Source: Ignavibacteriota bacterium
GTDB taxonomy: Bacteria > Bacteroidota > Ignavibacteria > UBA10030 > UBA6906
Direction of reading: 5' to 3'
DNA: 64,000 nucleotides
Assembly (NCBI GenBank): GCA_963808715.1
Contig: CAWEHG010000036.1
Location: forward strand, 8,391-72,390
Position numbers and translations under genes: made by a program. Under the pieces are notes generated by a model. The model saw nothing but the letters and a program-made list of their open reading frames with translations, did no database searches and was not told where the DNA came from. Below are positions 1 through 7,942 of the stretch, piece after piece. The stretch's first letter is position 1. Each line of letters begins with the position of its first letter.

Positions 1-956
1 GCGCCACAGCACCATCCCCGCCAGTGGTGGCCAGCACGCCGTACTCCCAGCTCGGCCCCGGGGAGATGCACGAAGTTCATCCCGAAGAACCCCGTGATAA
101 CGCTCAACGGCAGGAAGATCGTGGAGATGATCGTCAGCACCTTCATCACCGCGTTCAGCTTGTTGGAGGTGACCGAGAGATAGGCGTCCAGCAGCCCGGA
201 GACCTGTCGCGGTACGAGTCCGCAAGGTCGGTCATCCGCACCAGGTGGTCGTAGACGTTCCGGTAGTAGATCATCTCCTCGGTCGTGATCAGCGCGAACT
301 CCCCCCGCGAGAGACGGTTCAACATCTCCCGCTGGTAGAAGGCCACGCGGCGGATGGTCATGATGTTCCGCTTGAGCTGCAGGATCCCCATCATCGTGTC
401 CTGCGTCGGCTGGTGGAACACCTCGTCTTCCATGGAGTCGATGCTGTCGTCCAGCTGGTCCAGGATCGGCGTGTAGTTGTCGACGATGTCGTCGATGATG
501 ATGTGGAAGAGGAAGTCCGGGCCCGCGGCCGAGGGTCATCGGGTTCTTCGCCAGCAGCTGCATCGCGTTGGTCAGCGAGCGGAGCGGCTTGTAGTGATGG
601 GTGATCAGCGCCCGCTTCGACAAAAACGAGCTGAGCTGCGAGGTGGTGATCTCGAACCGCCGGGCCCCCTCCTCCTGCAGGACCACCTTCTCCACCGGGT
701 TGAAGATCACGAACAGATAGTCGCCGAAATCCTCCACCTTGGGAAGGTGCCCTTCGTCCTCCCGCCCCCGCTGGCAGTCCTCGATCGCCAGAGGATGCAG
801 ATCGAAGAGGGAGACCAGGACGGTCTCCTCTTCGGCCTCCACGGGGTCCTCCAGGTCGACCCAGAAGATCCCCTCATTCCTCGGGAGGGCCATGCTCAAC
901 TCTTTGATGTTGAGCCGTCGGATCTCGTTGTTGACGAATTGGAAGATGGAAAGCAC
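1..956 (-). CDS. corA: Mg2+/Co2+ transporter CorA (3' end runs off the window; two compensating frame changes)
   Basis: Minus-strand translation starts at GTG 956, preceded by GAGGGGG: MLSIFQFVNNEIRRLNIKEL..DCQRGREDEGHLPKVEDFGDYLFVIFNP.. The middle piece is ORF 155..433 (..YYRNVYDHLVRMTD..). The last piece, ..VSGLLDAYLSVTSNKLNAVMKVLTIISTIFLPLSVITGFFGMNF, carries the CorA GMN signature at about 72-80 and runs off the left edge. The frame changes near ~520 and ~205. Confidence 0.85.
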   Translation of the reverse strand, partial: MLSIFQFVNNEIRRLNIKELSMALPRNEGIFWVDLEDPVEAEEETVLVSLFDLHPLAIEDCQRGREDEGHLPKVEDFGDYLFVIFNPVEKVVLQEEGARRFEITTSQLSSFLSKRALITHHYKPLRSLTNAMQLLAKNPMTLGRGPGLPLPHHHRRHRRQLHADPGPAGRQHRLHGRRGVPPADAGHDDGDPAAQAEHHDHPPRGLLPAGDVEPSLAGGVRADHDRGDDLLPERLRPPGADDRPCGLVPRQVSGLLDAYLSVTSNKLNAVMKVLTIISTIFLPLSVITGFFGMNFVHLPGAELGVRRAGHHWRGWCCG

Positions 957-1139
957 GATGTTTTCCCCCTCAGGCGGGCGGTTTTGGTGAAATATAGTCG
1001 AATCCTTACCACTTTCAAGCGAAATATCATATATTACCAGACATGGCTCATGCTTTGCTTTATGTGTCCTCAATCATCACCGCTCTACGGAGAGATTTGT
1101 ACAGTATTATGGTCCCGAACTATGCGAATGAACTGACGA

Positions 1140-2304
1140 ATGCGATTTCTTCCCCTCTTTGTGCTGGCACTCCAGCTCTCCCAGGGAGTGTGGGCTCAGG
1201 ATAAGGAGGCCCGAAAACTTCTTGAATCGGGCTATGAAGCGCTCCGCCGCTCGCCGGCGGAGGCGATCCCCTATTTTGAACAGTTCGTCGCTCTCGACTC
1301 CACATCGGTCCTGGCTCGACGTCAACTCGGTTCACTCTACCTGGTGGTCGGCAGGCCCGCGGAAGCACTCCGGCAGTTCGAGGCCTCCCGGCGCCTCCTC
1401 CCGTCCGACACCACCTCCCTGCAGATCGCGTACCTGCTGAACACACTCGGACGCAACCGGGAGTCCCTCGAGGTTTTCCGGGGGATCCAGGAGAGCCCCG
1501 ACAGCTCCATCTCTGCGGCCGCGCGATCGGCGGTGGTCCTGCTGGACCTCCAGGTCTGCGCCGAACAGGCCCCCTGGTGGTACCGGGCGTACGTTTCCCC
1601 CTACTACGATTCGCGTTTCAAGGATCTGGTGATCATGGGTTCGGCGTACGCCGGACGCTACATCGACAGCACGCGGCGCTACTCCTGGTTCGGGACGGCC
1701 GCCCTCGCCACCGACACCCGTTCCACCGCCGGCGCGCTGCCGGAGATCTACGCCGACCACTTCCTCCTGGTCGGCGGCGGCTTCCGGGCGCAGCCGCTCC
1801 CCGGGCTGACCGCCGACGCGCAGATCGGCCTGACCGCCGACCTGCTCCGGCGCCCCGACAAACCGGTGATCAACCCCGACCTGCGCATCGTGGCCTCCTA
1901 CGGGAACGGGATCTACCCCTCGTTCACGCTGAAGGACGGGCCGGCCTGGCCGATGGAGCTGCTCGTGGACGGCTACGCCTCCGCGGGTTACTACACGCGC
2001 TACGCCAACGTGATCGGATACCTGCAGGGACGCGCCGGCGCCCGGATGTTTTCTTTCCGGTACACCACCGCCGACCTGTACGGGCGGGTCGACCTGACAT
2101 GGGATACGCACGGCGACTACTACAACAACACGGCCGAACTTTCCGCGGGACTGCGGGTCATCCCGCACCAGGCATGGGGACTGCAGGTGCTGCTGGAACA
2201 TCACCTCGGGTGGTACATCGGCTCGAGTGTCGGGCAATCCGTTCGACAAGAACTACCACAGCACGCGGCTCTTCGTCATCCTGGACAGGTTCTTCTGCTT
2301 GTAG
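1140..2304 (+). CDS. TPR + beta-barrel outer-membrane protein, NfrA/PgaA-like export partner of the adjacent glycosyltransferase (1 frame change)
   Basis: It has a signal peptide (MRFLPLFVLALQLSQGVWAQ), a TPR-like N-terminus, and then a Y/G/aromatic-rich region of alternating beta-strand character. After a slip near ~2232 it reads ..GNPFDKNYHSTRLFVILDRFFCL*, with TAG 2302-2304 abutting the next ATG. The listed ORF 1140..2777 overruns in the wrong frame. The assignment rests on architecture and linkage only. Confidence 0.5.
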
Positions 2305-3724
2305 ATGGAAGCCATCTTCTACGATATCGTCTTCTTCTTCCAGGCGTCGTACGACACCCTCTACGTCTTTACCTTCATTGTTGCGGTCTTCCTCCTGTTC
2401 AGCGGACTCGACGATCTCGCGGTGGACTTCTACTACTGGTTCCTCTACTTCGTGCGGCAGACGCACATGGAGAAGTACCAGCGCCTCCCCCTCGAACAGC
2501 TCCACTCCGCCACGCAGAAGCCGGTCGCCCTCTACGTGCCGGCCTGGCACGAGGAGGACGTGATCGAGCAGATGCTGATCCGCGCCTGCGAGACGATCGA
2601 CTACGAGAAGTACGACATCTTCGTCGGGGTCTACCCGAACGACCCGGCGACCACCGCCAAGGTGGAGGGGGTGTCGAAGATCCACCCTCACGTGCACGCG
2701 GTCGTGGCGAGCCACCCGGGCCCCTCCACGAAAGCGCAGAATCTGAACGACATCTACGCCGGGATGCTGCGCTATGAGAACCAGACCGGCATCCGCTACG
2801 ACATCGTCGTCCAGCACGACTCCGAGGACCTGATCCACCCGCTGGAGCTGAAGGTCTTCAACTTCTTCATCCCCGACCACGACATGGTGCAGCTGCCGGT
2901 CTACCCGCTGGTCACCCCGTTCAAGAAGATCGTCCACTGGACCTACTGCGACGAGTTCGCGGAGAACCACACGAAGGACCTGATGGTCCGGCAGGAATTT
3001 TCCGGGTTCACCCCGTCGGCCGGCGTGGGGACCGGCTACAACCGGTGGCTGATCGAGTTCGCCGGCACCTCCTTCGCGAAGAACCTCTTCAGCCGGTCGT
3101 CGCTCACCGAGGACTACGACTTCGCGCTGCGGCTGGCGCTCGGCGAGGCGAAACTGCTGTATCTCTACCGCCCCTTCGGCGTCAACATCGCGACCTGGGC
3201 CTATTTTCCCGCAGACCTTCTCCACCGCCGTCCGGCAGCGGACCCGCTGGCTGATCGGGATCTGCATCCAGGCCTGGAAGAACTACGGCTGGGTGGGGAA
3301 CACCAGGTTCCGTCTCACCCTGTACCGCGACCGGAAGGCGGTGATCACGAATATCGTGAACGCCCTTTCATATGTCGTGCTGGTGTACGTTCTTCTGTAT
3401 GAGCTGGCCACCTGGGCGCTGGCCGAGTACGGGCAGCTGGTCCCGCTGGTGAACCGGGGGACGCTGCTCTGGGGGATCGTGCTGGTGGACACCTGCCTGA
3501 TGCTCTGGCGGTTCGTCCACCGGTTCATCAGCGTCAGCCGCATCTACGGCCGGAAGGCCGGCATGCTCAGCATCCCCCGGCTGCCGGTCAGCAACATCAT
3601 CAATTTTACGGCGACCGCCCGCGCCATCAAGCAGTATGTTGTTTCGCGAGTCAACGACCGACCGGTCAGGTGGGACAAGACGTCCCACACGTTCCCGACC
3701 GGCACCGAAGCCCCCACCATCTGA
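2305..3724 (+). CDS. nfrB: NfrB-like family-2 membrane glycosyltransferase (exopolysaccharide synthase), 1 frame change
   Basis: ORF 2305..3402 and ORF 3293..3724 join near ~3205. Motifs I recall from E. coli NfrB are present: FSGLDD, VPAWHEE, GVYPNDP, PGPSTKAQNLN, HDSEDLIHPLEL, QLPVYP, SAGVGTGY, SLTEDYDF, and then FSTAVRQRTRWLIGI, YRDRKA and VRWDKTSHTFP. The protein ends at TGA 3722-3724, without the long C-terminal c-di-GMP-binding extension of the E. coli protein. Confidence 0.75.
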
Positions 3725-3728
3725 GGAT

Positions 3729-4097
3729 ATGGTCATGGCCCAACGAGTGCTCTACGCCGAGGACGAGGAGATCATGCGGACGCTGGTGTCCGACCAGCTC
3801 AAAGAGGAAGGGTACGACGTCCGGACCGCGGCGGACGGCGAGGAGGCGGTGGAGATCCTGGCGAAGGAGTCGTTCGACCTGATCCTGCTGGACATCAAGA
3901 TGCCCCGCCGCGACGGGATCGACGTGCTGAAGTTTTTGCGGGAGAAGAACCTGCGTCCCCGCGTGGTGATGCTGACCGGGGTGGAGGACGTGTCGATCGC
4001 GATCTCGTGCGTGAAGCTGGGGGCGATCGACTACGTCACGAAGCCCTTCTCGCTGGAGGCGCTGCTGGAGTGCGTGAAGAGGGTGCTGGCGAAGTAG
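3729..4097 (+). CDS. Stand-alone CheY-like response-regulator receiver domain
   Basis: ATG 3729 lies 4 nt after the nfrB-like stop codon. Receiver pattern: ..RVLYAEDEEIMR.., ..FDLILLDIKMPRRDGI.., ..VVMLTG.., ..DYVTKPF.. The protein is 122 aa with no output domain, and the ORF is intact. Confidence 0.85.
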   Translation: MVMAQRVLYAEDEEIMRTLVSDQLKEEGYDVRTAADGEEAVEILAKESFDLILLDIKMPRRDGIDVLKFLREKNLRPRVVMLTGVEDVSIAISCVKLGAIDYVTKPFSLEALLECVKRVLAK

Positions 4098-4635
4098 ACG
4101 CAGGTGGGGTATATCGCAAAGGCCTGTCTGCGGCAGGCAGGGAGTGTGGCTTTCGGATTGGTGTTAGAACGGGGTGATTTGACGGGAAATACGCTCCTGG
4201 TGTGATGCTCTTCAGCTTCCATTCATGACTCACAGATCCCTGCGGCCGCCTGCAGACGATCGATCGTACAGAGGTGAAGCTAAAAAAGAGGAGGTGAGAA
4301 ATGTAACTGAAGATTAAAGAAAAGAAGAAAAAAATTATGGTAGGGAAAAATTATATCTCAGTTAGATGAGAAGAGAAAAAAATGAATAAAAAATGAATAG
4401 GTAAAAGAATGAAAGAAGTAAGAAAAAAAGAAAGAGTAAAAAATGGAAGAAGGATAATGTAAGAAGATGATAGTGGAAAAAGTCTAAGGCAGTGAATGGA
4501 GCAAAAGGAGAGAGAATAAAAAAAAGGATTAGTGTAGCTTAAAGGGGCTATGATTGGAAAAGTTGAAAAGATAGGGGCGAGCAGAGATATAAAAGTTAAA
4601 ACGGAGCGCACACAATGGGGCGCTACATTCCGAAA

Positions 4636-4759
4636 GATAGACAAAATTGGGGATAAACTAAGGAGAGGGGAGATAGTATATTTAACAAAGCAGTAGTTCT
4701 TAAAGCTAAGGGGAGAGAGTGAAAATATGATAGACAGTGTGAAGATATAGGGTGAGATC
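4636..4759 (+). repeat. A-rich repeat family, copy a (AGATAGACAAAA..GGGGATAAACT..GGAGATAGTATAT..GTGAGATC)
   Basis: GGGGATAAACT is at 4649-4659, GGAGATAG at 4669-4676 and GTGAGATC at 4752-4759. The same ordered motifs recur at 5141-5243 and 5507-5615. Confidence 0.4.
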
Positions 4760-5140
4760 TTCTATGCGCCGGGCGAGGTGAGGATGCTGCGTGTGCCGGA
4801 ATCAGTGACCCACCAAGAGTTTTGCACCATGTATCTCGTCAAGATATGGTAGCAGTGCAGCGGAGACCAGCGCGGAAAGGAAGTGCATAGTCACGACATG
4901 GAAGTGCTTGGACAGGACGAAACGGAGATAGATATAGAAGTAAAAGTGGGCTAAAGGGGAAGGAGTGGATAGGCAAGAGAAGAGATGAAAGTGGAATACT
5001 TCAATATACTCGACCTGTACTGAGAAAGATAAATACCCGTGGCGACGTGTACACATCGCCCCGGCATGCCAGACGGGTCGCGATCTGACGAACCACCTCT
5101 GCGAGGCCTCCAAGTATGGAGAGTAGCTTGAGGAAGTATG

Positions 5141-5243
5141 GAGGATAAACTCATTAGTGGCTATACTCTCTGATAGTATATGAGACAGTAACATATGGAT
5201 AAGATTAAAATATAAAGAAAGAGAAAAAGATGTGAGATTGATC
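5141..5243 (+). repeat. A-rich repeat family, copy b (GAGGATAAACT..GATAGTATAT..GTGAGATTGATC)
   Basis: GAGGATAAACT is at 5141-5151, GATAGTATA at 5172-5180 and GTGAGATTGATC at 5232-5243. Confidence 0.4.
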
Positions 5244-5506
5244 TACACAACACAGTACAGCACTCTCGCTACTCACCGGACAAGATCAGGAACAGTATAT
5301 CTTGGTATTTATCTCATCAAGAGCAGCTTCCTGATGATCGCTGCACTTCCTGCCTGCTCGTACGCAAACGGCAAGGCGCGGAGGGGAAAAATACTGGTTG
5401 CAGGAGGGATACTAATAAGTGAAAAGGGAAAAAGATGTGAAGTAGTAAGGGTAAAAAAAGAAAAAAGGGGAATATTTGAGAAATAGGAGGAATGCAAGGA
5501 AGCGAG

Positions 5507-5615
5507 AAAATAGACAAGCAGATAGGGGATAAACTTAACACTACTGAAAGTTAGATAGACTAAGGAAAGAGAGATTTAGTATTAGTAAAGAGAGAAGGAC
5601 GGCGATGTACGGATC
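5507..5615 (+). repeat. A-rich repeat family, copy c (AAAATAGACAAG..GGGGATAAACT..GAGATTTAGTATTAGT..GTACGGATC)
   Basis: AAAATAGACAAGCA is at 5507-5520 (compare AGATAGACAAAA at 4636-4647). GGGGATAAACT is at 5525-5535, and GAGATTTAGTATTAGTAAAG starts at 5571. Confidence 0.4.
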
Positions 5616-6852
5616 GTATAACGCCAAGGACCGCTTCGAGGAGAGATGAATCCCGTGATCTACGACCAGGAAATGGGCAGGAATGGAAAGATATCCATCA
5701 GCAGGTGCAGAAGGTGACCAGGCACTCGTACGCTCTGAATGGCGGCCGATGAGGTAAGCCAGGAGGGCGCTGTAAAAGGTAAAGGTGTTCGTCGAAGAGT
5801 TCGCAAATTCGATCGTCGTTCCGGTGGCGCCAGGCCAACGAGAATGCCTGGACGGGATCATACACGTGGGCAGACCTGAAACACCGCTTGACTACTGTAA
5901 TCGGCGAGTGGCACATAGGGGATCTTCGAAAGGCGATAATAGAACCGGAACGCGAATTCAGGGCCCTGGCTCATGGTGAGGGATAGTGGGCTAAGACCAC
6001 GGACGAGAAGGGTTAAAAATCTTAGCTGTAGGAGCTAGCTTAGATACTAGACTGGATCTAGACGATGATCACGCTCGTGTCATTGAACCCCGCCGCTGTT
6101 GAAAGCTAAAATGCTTTGAGGGCGATCTCGCGATGGCTGGGGCTCACGTAGTATTGTAAAATTCTAGTTCCGGCGAGGGAAGTGAGTGCGGTCACGACGA
6201 ACACGAAGAGAAGAGCTAAAGATCTAAATTAAACGAGAAACATAGAGGTACAATCATATTTTAGGCTTAAACAATTACTGGAACGGAGGGTACTCTCTCA
6301 GAGATTAAAGGTAAATGTAAAGATGGAGATAGAGATAGTAGTAATTACCTGTTTGAAAGATACCCGGAGAAGCTCAACGGCTTGCTCCTTTTCTCCCAGG
6401 ACAGCCGCGATGCAGGCCGCAGATACGAGATCCACCCGGGCTGGGATGGCTCCTTCAACCTCTGCAGCATCGCCGATGACAGCAGGGCTTTCTTCAGATA
6501 ACACTGCCTGGATGAGATCGATGCAAAGCGAGAACTGAACCTAGTAGACATCAGGGAGATCTCTGGCGAGTGGACTACCATATAACTCTGGATCATAAAA
6601 TAGAAAGGCGTTATAAAAGAAGAAGGGAAAGGCGAGAACGCTCAGACGAACGCATCTCTTCAGAGGCTTGTTCCTGTAACACTGGATAGATTGGTCGAGA
6701 ATCGAAGATGAAGCACTGAAAAAAGAGTGAGAGCGCAATTACTGCGCTGCCAGAGACATGGTACCGCACAGGGAGTATAGCACAACGTCGGGGAGCCACG
6801 GGCTTACCGAGACGACTGCATGATCTCTTGACTTTAAGCTGCGGCAAGAGCT

Positions 6853-7021
6853 AGAATCTAATAATGCAGTGAGAGAGAATGGGTTGGGTTTGCTTAATGG
6901 AATGAAGAGAGTAAAGGAGATAGTATTAGTGATTTAAAAGCATATGATTGGAGGTGGTAAGATCGCAAAATATAGAGGGAGAGTCTCTGACATATCTACT
7001 CTCTGCATCAATGTGTAGAAA
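6853..7021 (+). repeat. A-rich patch bounded by the direct repeat AGAATC; looks like a ~170-bp insertion into relic coding sequence
   Basis: AGAATC occurs at 6853-6858 and 7022-7027. Inside the patch, GGAGATAGTATTAGTG starts at 6916 and GTAAGATC is at 6957-6964. The patch sits between minus-strand relic motifs whose spacing is about 180 nt longer than I recall for the intact domain. Confidence 0.35.
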
Positions 7022-7157
7022 AGAATCGAGGCCTGATGTGGGAGATCCACCGCGTTGCCATAGAGATCCGACAGATAGAAGACATCATCCCATCGCAGGA
7101 TCCTGGCACATCGATAGCACCACGAAGGGCAGCTGCACAGTTACACAGCAAACAGGC

Positions 7158-7850
7158 TTACTGCATATACACATTCGACGGCACCCAGGTCGTGAAGACG
7201 CCGATGTGAGCGGGCGAGGATGCGAAGATCGAGTCTGCTTGCGCGTCAACGAAGCGATTCATATGTGACCACACAAGGAAGATGTACGCGATAGCATAGT
7301 TAGAATAGATCTCTGAGGCGCGCTGGAAGTGCGGCAGGGCTCTGCCGTACTCACCCTGATCAAAGAACTTGAAGCCCTGGATGACTTCACGATAACCGAA
7401 GTCCATGACTTTCACCTGGTTCTTCGTGTTGACCATAATATTGTCCGCCTTGATGTCGCGGTGGACAATTCCGTGCGTGTGGGCTTCGTGGAGGGCTTCC
7501 CCGATCTGTAAGGCATAACCGATCGCGTCCTGAATCTTCCTGACAGGGACGACTTCCCGGAGCGTCTTCCCTTCCACGTACTCCATGACAATGAATTGTT
7601 GCCCTTCGTACTCCTGAATGTCGTGGATCGTGCAGATATTGGGATGGTTCAGGATGCCTGCGGCCCGGGCCTCGTCAAGAAATCGTTCCCGTTGGGGTTC
7701 ATGGGCAACGAGACTCTCAAGCAGAAACTTCAGTGCGACGGTGCGGGTGAGTTTCAGATCCTCGGCTCGATACACGACACCCATGCCGCCCTGCCCGACC
7801 TGACTGAGGATCTTGTAGTGAGAGACCGTCGCTCCGACGAGGTCCATCAT
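7158..7850 (-). pseudogene. Hanks-type Ser/Thr protein kinase truncated after the DFG motif and fused in frame to one TPR-like unit
   Basis: MMDLVGATVSHYKILSQVGQGGMGVVYRAEDLKLTRTVALKFL (G-loop, VAxK), HPNICTIHD, FIVMEYVEG, HGIVHRDIKADNIMV (catalytic loop) and VKVMDFG (DFG at 7395-7403). The sequence then goes directly into YREVIQGFKFFDQGEYGRALPHFQRASEIYSNYAIAY and stops at 7158. The activation loop/APE and subdomains IX-XI are absent. GC content is intermediate (29-37 G+C per 60 nt in two sampled lines). Confidence 0.8.
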
Positions 7851-7942
7851 CAGCGCCTCCCTGTCAGGTCGGTCAGGCGGACTTCGCCGAGTTTCTTGAG
7901 GATCTTGTAGTGGGGAATGGTCTGGCCGATCACGGGAGTCAC
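7850..7942 (-). pseudogene. Orphan 5' fragment of a second Ser/Thr kinase gene (..VIGQTIPHYKILKKLGE..)
   Basis: A 30-codon minus-strand ORF reads (V)TPVIGQTIPHYKILKKLGEVRLTDLTGRR*. Its stop overlaps the ATG of the kinase (TGATG). It shares a 16-nt identical stretch, TGAGGATCTTGTAGTG (7897-7912), with the kinase's own HYKIL region (7805-7820). Confidence 0.5.

Larger units (their letters stand above)
4098..7157. other. Low-GC, purine-skewed (+ strand A>>G>T>>C) island with no credible gene; mosaic of A-rich patches and GC-normal patches
   Basis: By hand count, 4321-4560 holds 7 C and 62 G in 240 nt (29% GC). Line 5821 inside the island has 38/60 G+C, and flanking lines have 41-43/60. The only ORFs are short (130 aa or less) and are either F/L/S/I/P low-complexity or motif-free. 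Confidence 0.8.

Noticed and set aside
4242-4266. At the left edge of the island there is a dense run of restriction-type palindromes that looks like a cloning polylinker. NotI GCGGCCGC is at 4242-4249, PstI CTGCAG at 4250-4255, two overlapping PvuI CGATCG sites at 4257-4266, and ClaI ATCGAT at 4259-4264.
   Set aside because: GC-rich 6-8-mers are expected by chance many times in 64 kb of ~70% GC DNA. The order and spacing do not match any linker I know (the BioBrick suffix would be GCGGCCGCTGCAG), and nothing else nearby resembles vector sequence. I keep it only as something to rule out with a UniVec search.
4289-4306. A perfect Shine-Dalgarno sequence, AGGAGGTGA (4289-4297), is followed by ATG-TAA (4301-4306). 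This would be a start-stop mini-ORF.
   Set aside because: In sequence that is about 80% purine, GGAGG-like strings and ATG/TAA triplets are frequent by chance. There is no downstream gene for it to regulate.
4351-5541. The island ORFs 4351..4644-, 4802..5194-, 5309..5497- and 5317..5541- could be read as small multi-pass membrane proteins, because they are very hydrophobic (F/L/S/I/P).
   Set aside because: The hydrophobicity is a direct consequence of translating a T/C-rich strand. The sequences are low-complexity, have no start-site context, overlap each other in different frames, and are interrupted by frequent stops just outside the listed spans.
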